DNA of 64,000 nucleotides, taken from positions 4,433,157 to 4,497,156 of the forward strand of contig BFEA01000029.1 in NCBI GenBank assembly GCA_003427395.1, read 5' to 3'. The notes under the pieces were generated by a model, which searched no databases, had not been told where the DNA came from, and worked only from the letters and a program-made list of their open reading frames with translations. Numbering within the stretch: position 1 is the stretch's first letter; each line of letters starts with the position of its first letter. The DNA is from Chara braunii. Lineage: Eukaryota > Plantae > Charophyceae. Both the position numbers and the translations under genes were made by a program. Below are positions 25,630-39,852 of the stretch, piece by piece.

Positions 25630-28600
25630 TTAAGACTTACACTGGTGAGGGAGGGAGGCAAGGTAATCGGGGTAGAGAGTGCAAAAGGTGCGGCGGATGG
25701 CAGAGTGGAAATCCTCATAGTCTTCGCACGTGGGGATTGTGCCCGCGATCATGCAATAAAGCTCTGTATTATTAAATTCCTGCCAATCTACGCTAAAGAG
25801 AAGGACGTGGAGGGGGAAAGAGGTGACGAGCGAGCGAGTGGTAGCGTGTGGGAAGATAGTGACTAGGAGGCGAGTGGAGTAGAGATGGTGGAAGAGGGAA
25901 GGCGGGAAGGGGTGCCATCCATCAAGGAATGGGGGTCGGCCTATGAGCTGTTGAAGGGTGAGGAAGTCACAAGGACGGTGGGATAATGATCGGGGACGAA
26001 GCCCGAGCGCCCCCATCTCGACGTAGGCGAAGGCTGGGCCGGGGAGAGCATTGAGCCGGGGATTCACTTCTTCGGCGGCATCGTCTTTCCGGTCCCTCTG
26101 CAGTGGCGCCTCCATTTCTCTCGATCTCTTCTTGTGGCGGTTTCGGATTAAGCGTCGGATCGTCCTGCAGCAATTGCGGCGCCGGCCCTCCCGATTCCTT
26201 GATCGGCCGCTTGCCTTCTGCCGCTGCCCGTCTTTTCTGCGCCACGACCTCTCTCTCTTCCTTGCTCTGTTCGGCAGGACCATTCGACTCACCTGATCCG
26301 CCCTCTTCCTCCTCAGACTCCTCCCGTTTCGAGCTGGCCTCTTCCGACTCGGCGTCCTCCGATTCGTAATAATCGGGATCATCTGACCCAGCCTCCGATT
26401 CTTCCTCCTCAGAGGTTTCTTCGCCTTCCGTGTACTGAAGATGATCGTCCTCCTGGATCTCTTCCTTGGCTGCTTCTTCCTCCTCTTCTTCGGCTTCCTC
26501 GCTGGTTTATCCTACGTTCACTCGTCGGATGAGAGGGTCTCAGAAGGAGAGCTCAGTGACGTCGATGACCAGGTAAGCGCCTTCGGAGGGATAGTAGCAA
26601 TTATCCCCATCAAGCTCCGTGCACGTAGACCACAGGAGATGGGGGACCAAGGTATGGGCGAGTGTGGCCGTCCCGGCCTTTCATTGCAGCGCGAGAGGAT
26701 CTCCAAAGGTAGATCGTCCAACAGTTGGGTCAAGAACACCAGCAACTCATCCGTAATCGAATTCAGGTGGTCGTCGCGCACTTTCCCGAACAGGATCCCC
26801 AAAAGCTCTCCCTCCGTGTCCGTCCTCCAGGCCTGGATGATCAATAACTCCACCTTGTCGTCCGAAATCTCGTCCTCCTCGCTCCTGTCAGCAGGCTGCC
26901 CAATGGAAGACGACTTCGAGGAGGCAGAAGCTGAGTGCCACATAAGCGTGCCACCACTGTGCCCACTTGGCCGCGTCTAGAATCGGCACGTCCAGCTGCC
27001 TAATTATGAAGGATTGAGCGGGGTCCGGCGCAGACTGCCAAAACGTAGGAGTATCAGATGGAAGGTCGAAGGTGGAGAGGCGGTAACGGTTCATTGAGGC
27101 CAGGTGAAAGGACAAAGCTCCGGGAGAAGGACCTCTGGCGCGCTGGAGGAGACCCGAAGCTAGAGATCGATGTCGTTGGCTGTCACGACACGATCGCGAG
27201 GTCGAGCCAGTAATTGCACCCACGCAGTCATGATGTCCGTTGCCCAGCCCCGCAGCTACCGGAAGATCTCAGTATGCCTCGCCGGATGCAGTGTTGTGAT
27301 GTCGCCTGTAAAGACGACAACGACGCACACGTGGCTCTCGCCAGGTGGAGATAGGCGTAGGAAGGCCGACACCTCCAACAATACACGTGCTGCCCCGGAC
27401 TGTGTGAATTGGAACTCCGCCGCCTCGTGAATGGTCGTTGTACTAAAGAAGGTTGTGGATCGAAGAAGATATGGACTCAGTCGAGGACGCTGTACTTGCC
27501 GGATTGCAGAGATGGCTCCCCCGGGTTGTTCGGTGGAAAAACTCATGGCGATGGCGAGGGAGAAGAGGGTTGAGAAGAAGAAGGATCAAGGTAGTCGAGA
27601 TGGTCGTCTTCCTTCTCGTTGTCGAGGGACAACATGGATGATGGAAGAGAAGGGGAAGATGGGAGAGGGCGAAGGTAAGACACGTGTCGAATGATCGGGC
27701 GAGCCGATCGACGTCCCGACACCTCCGGGGCGAGCCGCACAATGTTCACTCCAACTAGGACCGAGCTCGACTACGCGAAATGGCTTGAAGAATCGTGGCG
27801 CTAGCTTACCCTGGCGAGCAGATTTCCTCACCTGCTCTATGTCCCCTAACTTATACTGGGGTCGTGGTCCAGCGTTCCCATTTCGGGCCTCGTAGCTCTG
27901 GATCTGTCGTTCGTGGGCCATTTCAGTAATTCTTTGTCTTTTTCGGGCTAGCCGAGGGAAGGCCTTTTCCATTAATTCCAGGTGGCATTGGGCCTTGTCT
28001 TTGACCATCGCTCTAGTGGTCCGTCCCGAAAGGGTCGTTTCATCATTTAGGCTCGGTAGGGCTACACAGGCCACACTGCTTTCGCATTTCATCATTTAGG
28101 CTCGGTAGGGCTACACAGGCCCTACTGTTGGTCCGTAATTGGAAGGGGGTCGGGCCAAGGCCTTGTATCCGTGGCCGCGATATTGCCCCGTAATGCTGTC
28201 TTGATTTACCTAGTTGGCGTTTTCTACTAGGCCGTTCGATTGCGACATATGGGGAGCAGTATTGTGGACTGAGACACTGTGTAGGACCAGCCTCCTCAAG
28301 ACTTCCCCGCGGAATTTTGCCCCGTTGTCTGTTAAGATTTCCTCGGTGTCCTGATGCATCCCAAGAAAACGGTTGACATACCGCGCAATTTTCCCGTGTG
28401 TCGCGTCTTACAAGGATACGCCTTAATCCATTTTGAAAAGTGATCCACAAACACCAAAAGAAGTGAATACTCACATCTATTTGGTCCAGGGGGCACAACA
28501 ATATCTGTGGTATTCATGCTGACCCTTTGGAATGACCGTTCAACTACAGTGGGCACTATCAATCTAGGCGGCTGAATCAGCGCCTTGTCGGCAACACAGA

Positions 28601-31600
28601 CGGGACAGTTTAAGGCGATGAATTTAACATCGTCGCGAATATTGGACCAATACCATTCGTTTTTATCAATCGCCATCTCCGTTATCCGGACGGCGAAGTG
28701 GGCCGCCGTTTCCTCATGGACCGACTTAACCCAGTCATACCTCGTGCATGGATGAGGCACAAACATTCAAATCCCACTTCCATCCATCTTCCGCTTTTCT
28801 AACCGTCCCTCATTCCATCGGTAGTCCCATGCCCTCTCATTGGCCCTCCTCCGGTCCTCCTTAGTAAAGTCTCGGAGGGAGTTCCCAACCACCGTAGCTA
28901 TCAAGACGACATTTGTCCATACTTCGGCCCTTCTAAATCGTCGGGTCTATTCCAACCCTTCCAATGTGGCTTCGAGAAATCGAGCTTCCGTCGGAATTTT
29001 ATCAGTGCGGCATAAGGGACGTAACCAGGATTTACCCGTATTTCTATACAAGATGCAGGAACCGTGAGCTCGGGAGACACATCGCTGACAGTCTACCCAC
29101 TCGACATACCCCTCCCTACTAGGACGCATAGGGACCGAATAAACTCTCGAGATTGCTTCGCAAAATTAGCAAAATTTGTCGGGCAGGGAAAAAAAAGAGG
29201 AGACGAGAGGGGAAAAAGAGGACCTTCGGGATTATCTCCATGCTCCATCGCCATCGTGTCTGCCGATCACTTCTTGGAGGTCCGAGGGAGGATGGCCACC
29301 TGGCCGTACGAGGGTTCACCGATTGGTTCCGGTTCCTTCCACGGTGTGATCTCTTCACCCTTGGCCACCTTGCTAGGCCGGTACAATCGTGTCAGTCCGT
29401 CAGCGTTACCATGCTTCTCTGTCTTTCGGTGGACGATATCAAAATCATATTCTTGCAGTCGCACAGCCCAACGCCCGATCATGCCCGTGTAGTTGGTAAG
29501 CCTCTTGAGAGCCAGCAGGGGCTCATGGTCTGTGACAAGGAGGAACTTTTGTCCGTACAAATACGGATGGAAGTGCTGAATCCCCCAGACAACCGTGTAG
29601 CACTCTCCCTGAGGAGCCGAATCGTTTCTTCTCTCGTTCGGTACCGTTCGCGAAGCGTACTCGATGACGTGTTTGTGACCGTCTTTCCCCTTCTGAGCCC
29701 AAATAGCGGAGATTGTTTCAGCCTGCCAGTCCGTAATGAGTATGAATTGTTTCCCCGGGTTAGGCCAAATCAAAATAGGTGTTGTGGCCAAAGCCTCCTT
29801 TAAGGTGACAAAGGCTCATTCACACTCGGCGTCCCAACTCAACGGTTGGTCTTTCCGTAGAAGATTTGTTAGTGGTCGTGCGATTACTGTAAAACCCTTG
29901 ATAAATCGACGATAGTACGAGGCCAGTCCCAAAAAGACCCGAACTTGTGTCAATGTCGTAGGCGTACGGGCATCCCGAACGGCCGCGACCTTTCTCGAAT
30001 CCGGTCATAATCCCCACGTATCCCAGGAACGAGATTTCCGAAGGAAAAACTCACTTTTCTCCAACGCAATCTTGAAGCCAGAATCCTACAACGCCCCAAG
30101 TGTCCACTCGATATGATGTGCATGCCCGTGGAATGATTCCGAGTAGACCACGATGCCGTCCATGTACAAAATGACGCAAAAATTAATCATGCCCTAAGTT
30201 AGCCTGGTCTTGTTGACGAAATTCTAAAGTGTGACGTTCATCTCTCTCTGAAAAGTAGTTGGCGCATTGCAAATTCCCGTTGGGCAGCGAACCCACTGCC
30301 AGGTGCCATCGAATAACACAAAGGTCATCTTCGGTTGATCCTCCTCCTTGACAAGAATATGATGAAATCCATGGCGAATATCAAACTTACTAAAGTACTT
30401 AGCACACCCAATCGCATGCAACAAATCATCAATCCGGGGAAGGGGATACACATCATTAATCGTGATATCATTCAGCTTCCTGTAGTCGATGCAAATGAGA
30501 ATCGACCCATTTTTCTTCGAGACTAAGACCACGGGAAACGACCAAGGTCCGGTCGCCGGTTCAATCCATCCGTTAGCCTAAAATTCTCTGATTCTTTGCA
30601 ATGCCACTTTTCGTTCCACGAGAGAATACCAGTACGGTTTGCAATGGATCGGCGGGTGCGTTCCGGTCTGAATTTCGTGTTGGCTGACTAAGGACAATCC
30701 GATATCCGTATTTGTTATGCTGATCGCCCCTTGGTATTCGGTCAGAATATCCGCAATCAATCGATGAGTTTCATTGGGTACATATCGAGGCACATGTAGC
30801 TCGTATAGCTATCTGTGTATGGTAACTATCACGTGCTTCGTGCCTACTCTGGGGCTGCTCTCCGCAGGGGGAGCAGAGATGAAGGAGTTGTCTGACCGCC
30901 AGGAAAACACGGTGGCGACCATCTGAGCATCTTCCTCTCGGATGGTCACGTGTTCTTCTGGGGTCACGCGATCGCTCATATCTTGCCCGCACGCTGGTTT
31001 CTCGATGATTTTGATTTCGGGCTCATAGGGTATAGAGTCGCCGTGCCCAGGGGATTCCAAAGCTTCCCTTTCGGGCCACTACCATAATAATCGCACCTCC
31101 TTTCTGGAAGACAACAAGGAACGAGGTAGCCCTGTGATGTCACAAAATGCTCCATTGTCTTTATATCTCGAAAGAAGCGGGGCGGTGGCCTCGTACAGGG
31201 TCCAAGGGGGTTCCAAAGAGTCGAGCATCCGGGATATTTGTACGAGTGGTTCCCCTAAGATTAACGAGCGCGTTCGTTGTAGATTTTTTTCCGTAAGGAC
31301 GAACGTTTTCGTGGTCTTCTGTTGGATTGGGTAACGAATCAGTTGTTGAGTCATATCCTGTATTGCAGGATCGGCTTCGTCTCCGCTGTCAGAGTCACTC
31401 GGTAGTTTCAGTTCCTTCCCTCTTTGATCCAATTTGCTGATTGGTTACTTCCAGGTGATCACCCGGAGAGGTCCTTTGGTTCCAGGCGGGGGTCTTTGAG
31501 TCGAGGGCAGTGTGGTCCAAAGAGTCAACCGCGTACGGTATTTCGCCTGTGTTTCGAAAGATGACGGATCGCCTCTCAAAATCCAGGTTGGCTCGCAATG

Positions 31601-33650
31601 CTGTGAGGGCTGGTAATCCCAAAAGGACATTATAGGTGTTTACATCCAGTACTATAACGTCTCCTAGTGCGTAAACTTTTCCTAATCGAAACGCGACGTT
31701 CATCATTTCTCCTACCGCTTTGATTTTCTCTTCATCCGCTGAGACGGGATGATCTTCTTCCGCCAAGGTTATCAGATCCTTCCTTCTTCCTGCCCGTTCT
31801 ATGACTCTCAATGAGATAGCCAGTACCGCGGCTCCCGAATCGATAACAGCGCTGTAGGGGATTCCCCATACCTCGATATCGCATTCCGCTGATTTCCACG
31901 GAATAACTTTCATTCACAAGAAATGATCATCTTTTTGAAGTATTCCTAATCATTTTGGGTCCGAGGTACTAGGAACGTCCAGCCTGTCTTCGAGAGCCGG
32001 GGCTTTTCCTTTCTGAGCCGCTGACTTGGCGAGAGCAAATCGTTTTCTGTTTGCCTTGCAATGTTGTAGCATGCGCTCATTGGCTTGCCCCGATATGGAC
32101 AGCAGGTGCCCGATAGGCAAAGGAATTCGGTGATCTAGAGCTCAGACGATGTCCAACACATCGATCTCTCCAGTAATGAAGATGGGACCGCCCGACTCCA
32201 TTTCTCCCGGAGAAGGTCTCCATTCGGCCATCTCTCATTGTTCATTGGCGGACCGGATAGTTTTGATCATTCCCAATCCCGGGTAACCCAATGCAACGTA
32301 TTGGTCGAGCGGAATAAGTTTCGCAGCTTCTTCAGCAGTGGCTACTGCACTTCCTCCTCCTTCCATTTCTTCAATCATTGTGCCTACCCTCCCTGGCCCA
32401 TTGGCCACGGGCGCAACGGCTACAGGGTTGGTTCCAACTCGAGCTTGTGCAGGTCGGAGCGGACAGTCTTAGGCTATGTGGCCCGGCTGGTGACACGTGT
32501 AACAGACGCTCATATTAGTCGCCGCTCCGCCTATGGCCTGAGTGGGGGCTATTCCTGGCGCCCCTGGTGTGGCTCTGACGGCAATGGGGTGCATCGACCT
32601 CATTAACGATTTTATCCTCACATTGTGCTCACGTTGTTCCTTCTTACTTTCCTGCATCAAGTTAACTAATGTTCGGGTTAGTTCCAGTATGGCACTCGAT
32701 TCGCTCGGCCTTGGTGAGGAGTCCGGATAAGGAGCAGAGGCGGCCATAACTAGCACAAACAATCCCGTAGTTGTATCCGGTACTGGCCTCTTGGTTGCGA
32801 TTTGTTCTAAATAGGTGACAGGGCCAGAGATGAAGCCCATGTTTTCAAATTTGTTTTGAAGTGCAGCTAGCTTGGCCTTCACTCTGGCCAATTCTGAGGA
32901 GTCCCCTTCCCTGGGGTAATCCTTTCCTTCTAGGAAACTGACGGCAAATTTTTGTTCCATCTCTTCCGCCGCGGTCATAATCTGTTGCAGGGTATGATTG
33001 ATCGGGGAGAACTACTTTCGCAGTTTCGCCCTCATTGTCCGGCTACGGAGCCCATCAATGAATATGTCTCTCCCGACCTCTTCCCCTCTCTGTGTTTTGA
33101 CGAACATCCTATAAAACCTTTTACGATATTCAGTAACGGATTCGAGTGGTTTCTGAATCCGATCTTTGATCATAAAAAGGGCCTGCTCCGGATGGATATA
33201 TTCGAATTGGTTTAAGAAATCCAGCTCGAAGGTCGGGAGATCCACCCAAGCGTAAGTGTTGAACCAGTGGTGCGCATCCCCTCCCAACCTGGCGGGGATG
33301 TTGATTCACACCTTATCATTGTCGTATTGTTGCGCAGCAATGTGGCCAGCCATGCTCCAACTAGGTAATGTGTGGGGTCAAAAATATACAAATCAGGTGG
33401 AGCCACCGGTGCGCGAGCTCGGATTGGTGGCGCGGGAATAGGTACCCCGCCTAGCTGTACATTAGTGTTTTGCGCTTGATTGACGCTCATGTTGGTGGCC
33501 CGCCGACATGCCGACCTACTGCGGGCCAATATTGGGTCGCGTCTAGGCGCGTTCCTTTGCCTAGGTCGCCCTCGGTTCGCCAGGTCGCTTAACTAGGGGG
33601 CCTATCCGCTTGTCACTCCGTGAGTTTGCCACGTGTCGACTCCGATACCA
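25630..33650 (-). mobile_element. Degenerate Ty3/Gypsy LTR retrotransposon with an extra 3' ORF region
   Basis: Gag zinc knuckle CYTCHQPGH (32469-32978); protease VIDSGA (31395-31913); RT CIDYRKLN..YPLPRIDDLL (30224-30532); RNase H (29267-29791); integrase HHCC/core (28332-28766) and its C-terminus (27586-28095). A PBS-like tggtatcggagtc lies at 33638-33650 on the minus strand. Confidence 0.9.
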
Positions 33651-33699
33651 ACCTCACGCCCAACGCGACTTCCTGATCGGAGTGGGATGGGGGCCCGAA

Positions 33700-36600
33700 A
33701 GTGCAAAAAAGGGTGTGCCAGAAGGAGGGGAAAGGAAAAAAAGGAAAAGGAAACAAGTCACAGGGCCAAATAAAGACATGAACCTCAATACAATAGAAAC
33801 AACCTCACAAAACAAAACAGGTGAAGTAGAACAAGTGCTCCTGCAAGCAGGAAAAGGAGAAATGTTGAATGAGGAACCAAAAGAGGATCACACGGATGAG
33901 AAAGAAAGAACCTCGGACCCACTCATTGGAGCCTTTGGTCCAACACCAATGGAAGTAGATTCTCCTCCACCAGAATAAGACTTTGAAATGGGAGAAGCAA
34001 GTGCACAAACAAATTCAGATCTCTTAGAAGACAAGAGGTTGAAAAGGTTAACAGAGTGGTTAATTAAAACTCTAAAGACTCGACATGGGGATGACTCGGT
34101 TGAATTCTGGGACACCTCGTACATCCAACTTTATAATCTATTAAGTGGCAGTCCCAGTCTCAACAAAGTTTTGGAGCAAGGTCTACCAGAAGGAGCCAGA
34201 TGGTTAGGAATAAGCCAGAGAATCTTAACCATTGTGGAAGGAATGTTTCAGCCACCAAAATCACCAACAAAAAGAGAGGCTATCCAAGAGGAAGATGATT
34301 CAAGACAGGAGGAAAACCTGGTGATTGATGTATCAGCAAGTAGCAAAGACTCAACTATAACTGAGGAAAGAGAGGAGGGTTTAACGGTAGAGGAAATCGG
34401 TAAAGAAGACCAATGTGATTCTTCTTCATAAAAAATGAAGGAAGAAAAAAAAAAAGCAGAAGAGGTGACAAAAGGAGAAAATGTGGTTGAGAATTTAGAC
34501 TCTCATCTAAAAGGAACAACCAGGATTAGCATGAAAGAAGGAGTGGAGCCATGCAAAAGAATGAGAATGCGTCATACCTTAGAGAAAGGCTACGTTGCAG
34601 GTTCGCCTTCTCCTAGAGGCAACTTGGTAATACCAGTACGAAAGAAAAGTGGGAAGTGGGAAGTTGGTCTCTCCCTAATAGGTCAGGATCAGTATGGGGG
34701 AGTGACATTGAGAGGATGGTCCACGCACGTAGATTACCAAAGCCCGGGAGACAGGATGTTTAAAGGAGACCTGCATGATTTTCTGTCAAAGCATTATGAC
34801 CCAGGACCTCAAGCTACACTCACACTAATGGGGGATCAGGCTAAGATGGCAAAGCGAGATACATTTGTGAAATTCGAGGATAATAAGGAAGCTAGTCTTA
34901 GACGGTTTTCCTATGCAACTTTACTAGATCTGCAACAACTAAAGATCAAAGCTAATGTAGTATGGTCGATCACAGAAGTTTCGTCCGTCCTTTGCTCTAT
35001 TCTTCGTAACGGAATACTTACCTCTTCGACTTCACTAGAAGGAGGAGGATGGGTGAGGCTATAAATTGGATAGATACCTTAGGTTTGACAAAGGATGGAG
35101 GCAATACAAGCTTTGTGTGGAAAAAATTCATCCTGGCTGAGGGCAACGCGAACAACAGATTTGGATTTAAGGACACTTAATGTTAATGGTCTGGCCACAA
35201 CTGATGCACTCAAAAAAAGAGCGATCATAGCACAATTACAAGGGGTAGGAGGAAGAACATGGCCGGATCTTATATGCATACAAGAAACTCATCTTACGGA
35301 TTCTCCAGCTCACAATCAAGCACACAACCTCATATCGCCCCACCAAAGGTTCCAAGCCCACGCAACACGTAATGGGTCATCAGGGGTTGCCATATGGGTT
35401 CCCCCGGATTCTAGGGCAGAGGTGATTCACTGGGAAGCAAATCGGAAAAATGGAAGGTGAATTTCAACACTAGTAATGCTAGAAATAGAGATAGTGTGTG
35501 TATTCAATGTCTATGGTCCGAATGAGGTACAAGAACGCAAACAATGTTTTAGTGATATTCGGGGTCATATACCGAATGGTATCCCAATTATAATGGCAGA
35601 AGATTTTAGTGCGGCACCAGATAGATAGATGGACAGATGGAAAATTCCTTCACCATGCCCTGCCTATATAGAAGAAGACGAAATGATTATCCAACAGTTG
35701 TGTAATACTGAAAATCTATATGACACTTACCGTAGGTTTTTCCCACAGGAACGATTATTCACGTGTATCAGAAATACAGGCAACCCAAATCAATATAGAT
35801 CTAGAATAGATTTAATACTTATGTTAGAGGATTTAGACCATGCGATAGTAGGGGTAAATATTTTTCCTCAAAGCCCATGGCCAGGAGCAGATCACAAGAT
35901 CTGTGTCATCCTATTGAACTTTAGAAAGAAACCGGATAGAGGGAAAAACTCTTATAAACTCAACACCTCCCTCTTAAAAATGAAGGATTTCAATAATTAT
36001 ATTCAGGATGTATGGAAATATTGGCAAACCACGAAAGACAAGCATGAATCCTACACCTCCTGGCTCAACTGTGGACTATGCTTCCTAGCAAAAAAATGTA
36101 ACGAATTTTCCAAAGCAGTTGCTAAGCGGAAACACGAACAAGAAATGGAGATTCATGAAAAAATACTTAATTACGAACAACAGGATCATTCGGAAACTAT
36201 TCAGCCATCAGAAGACATACTGGAACTAAGGAATCAACTTTTCTCCCTAGCTCAAAATAGAGAGCAAGGATACCTCATTAGAAGTAAGCTATCCAGACAC
36301 CAGTCAGAGGGTCAGATGGATTCTTCTTTTTTTGCCCTTGCTAAATCAAGATTTAAAAGAACAAATATAAAAGCTCTGATTGATCCCATGTTATCCCCAC
36401 ACTTCGAACCAGTTTCTTCAGCAAGTAGCCTAAAAGTGACCTATGACTTTTTTAAAAATCTTTACACATCCACGACTAATCCAGCCATATCAGACCAAGA
36501 AATAAGTGACTTCCTCGAACCTCTTACACAAAAATTAACTCTAGAACAAAAAGAGAAATTGGAAGCTCCAATCACTAAAGAGAAAATTTAGACTGCTCTA

Positions 36601-39600
36601 ATGCAAATGGATGAAGATAAAACTCCAGGGATAGATGGCCTGCCTAAGGAATTCTGGGAGGTAATGTGGGCGAATGTGGCAGAGGATCTCATGGAGTACT
36701 ATAAACATGTTCAGGAAACTGGGTGTATGGGAGAGATTGTGGGCCAAGGTATCATAACTTTTTTGTACAAAAAAAAAGACAAGACAAATATAAGGAATTA
36801 TAGACCAATCACGTTATTAACTGTGGTCTATAAAATGCTAGCTAAGGCAATAGCTAACAAATTCATTCATTTAATGAGGGACATCATTCACCTTTCTCAA
36901 ACTGGGTTTATTCAGGGGAGATATATACAGGATAATGTGTTGCTAATCAATGAAACAATTAAGTTATCAAGACAAAATCAGAACAATGCGGCCTTTGTAT
37001 TTATAAATTTCAAAAAAGTTTATATTGACGTTTTCTAGAAGCATGCCTAACCAAGTTAGAATTTGGACCGAAAATGAGGAAATGGATCCAGATTCTACAC
37101 TCGAATGTCGCTACAAGGGTATAAGTGAATGGTTTACTGTCGCCATAAATCCCTCTTCAGAGATCGGTTAGACAAAGAGATCCTTTGATTCCCTTCCTCT
37201 TTGTGATCATCATGGAAGCATTAGGAGTTAATTTGAGAAAAAATCATAATATTCAGCGGTTAAAGATTGCTAACCTTCCTAAGGATGCAATCCCAATTTA
37301 CTCCATGTTTGCAGACGATTTGACAATCATGATGGAGGCCTCCAAAACTAATTTTGAGGAAATTAAGGCAATAATAAATATTTTCAGCCTTATCCGATAT
37401 GTTGGTTAGTTGGGGGAATAAAACATTGGGCTGGTGGATCCATTCACAAGGAGTAAGACCTCTAGAATTCCCCAATATTAAATGGGTTCCGTCATAAGGG
37501 TATTAGGAATAATTCTCACAGCACAAGGAAAACCAAACTCTAATGATATATGGATCTCTTCTCCGACATTGGAAAAAATGAAGGTTTGAAAAAACAAACA
37601 CACTTCAATCTTTGGGAGAACACTGATAATTAATAATGTTGTTTTGACATCGATCTGGTACAAGTCATTGTTGTGGCCTTTGAGTACGAAGCCCACAAAA
37701 GATATACAAAGACAGCTTGCAGCATTCCTTTGGAGAGGGGATCATGAGTTACCACATGTAATCCCAATAGTTGCCTGGAAAACTTTAATTCAGCCAAAGA
37801 CCAAAGGAGGGATTGGACTTATTGACCCAAAAACACAATGTCAGGCTTTAGCGCTTCAAGTTGTAAAACGATCAATTCTAACAACAGATACTATGGCGGG
37901 ATTTAGCACTGGAGCAGATTCGTAGATTAGTCCCTCAAACTACAGAGGAAGTGCATCCCTTAATATGGATAGGGGATAAATATTGGTTTATCCTTCGTAC
38001 CCGAATGTACCAAAATGACACATGGGTTAGGGGTGGACTGAACGGTTTTTGGGCTAACTTATTGAGAACCTGGCGAGAAATGCCCTTACCAGATAAAGTC
38101 ATACCTGAAAGATTCGAACAAGTCTTACGACAATCCCTTTATAATGGTAGAGTCTTTATAAGCTCAGATTCCCCTTGGTTAAATTGGGTCAAGAATGGAG
38201 TAGTAAAAATAAAAGATTTATGGGACCTAGTGAATAAAACTTGGAAGACTGTGGAAGAACTTAAAAAAGGGATTAAATATTGACACAATCTAATGAATAA
38301 TTTGGAAGAAATCACGTCATTTATTCCTTTGGCCTGGACAATGCTGCTTAAAAAAGGCCCGGTATTCCGAACCGCAGATTGGGTGTGTATAAATCGTCAG
38401 GATGAAGCCAAGTCAATAGGACAAATCATGGATATGTAAGAAGGAGGTGCCCTGGTAAATATTTTTAAGATTCAAAAGGACAACAAAATTTCAAACAATG
38501 AATTAGACATGGTCATATTTTCATGCTTTGAGGAAATGTTTAGAATAAGAGCTATGTACTGTACGGAAAAAAAAGCCAAAATTTTCTACCTCAGTATCCT
38601 ATACCGGAGTTTCCCTTAGATCCAACTGAATGGGTATGGCGGCTAAACAAGAAAAACAAACCCTTAAGACTTCAATCCTTGAGTGTAAAAACTTCTTATA
38701 GGCTACTTCAACCTAAAGTAGAGGTGTCTGAAATACTACAAGATCGATGGTATAGACACCTAAACAGAAACAGGGATCTAATCAAACCGGTGAAGTGGTA
38801 CAAAGACCTGAGGGAGAGACCAACTAAGTTTGCATCCTTACAGTGGCAAATAATACATAGGTGCCTACCCACTAATGATTGGCTAATAGACCATTCTTCT
38901 CTTGAACAAAAGGGTAAAGCAGTTCCATGGTGCATATCTTGTGTTCAAGTCTTTCCAATAAGGAAAATCAGAGAAACAATTGAGCATAACTTCCTTCAAT
39001 GCCCATACTCTGTATTACTTTGGAGATTATGAGACTATGTATGGAAAAGACTAACAAGTTTGGATTGGCCATGGGAATGGAGGGTTATTCTTCTTGGTCA
39101 CTGGAATCCTGCTATGATTGAGCTATCGGAGTTTTAACAAAATTTATTCCATTTAAGCAGGAAAGCGGTGCTATGGGCGGTGTGGCATAAAAAATGTATA
39201 CGCACTATTGAAGGAGTTATGGTTGGAAGACAAGAAGTGGTGGATACAATTCAACAATTTAATCAGTCTGAAATAAGATTTCAATGGGAAAAAACGAAAG
39301 TCAAAATGATTGAATATAAACAAAAGAAAGATATCACACATAAAATAAAAAAATTCAATTTGGAATGGTTAGGGGATGCATTAGGGGAGAAATTGGGGAA
39401 GGTGGTGTGGCCAGGAGGAGAAGGGGATCAAGAAACCTTTAAGTGAGATTACCAGATCACTTTCTACAACTGGTTTGATATTCAGTCAGGATTTTTCTTG
39501 AGATCACCTGAGTTTTTTTCTGATCCTTTTCCTCCCTCTGCTCTGGCTGTAGTGGATCTGGGATGGTTTGGGGGGGAAGAGGGGGGATAGGTGATTTTAT

Positions 39601-39852
39601 TAGAAAGGTGGGAGTTGATGGAGATAGATGCTAGGTTAATCACTTTTTTCTGACAATCATTTTATAAGGCTGAAGAGGCATCTAGAGTTTCATGGCTAGT
39701 ACAACACCCTTCTAGGATACAAGAATTTTGGATTTTGGATTGATATTATGTTCAATCAAAGTTATATGTAAGGGACGTTGGACCCGTTTTCTAGCAGGTG
39801 TTGCTCCCCACCAATAAATCGAAGATTATGATTAGAAAAAAAAAAAAAAAAA
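33700..39852 (+). mobile_element. L1/Tx1-clade LINE, near full length but inactivated
   Basis: ORF1 remnants at 33700-35064; APE endonuclease (TLNVNGL, DLICIQETH, SRIDLI, ADHK); RT (KTPGIDGLP, NYRPITLL, QTGFIQGR, MFADD); C-terminal CxxC..H..C; poly(A) tail at ~39836-39852. Multiple stops and frameshifts. Confidence 0.92.
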
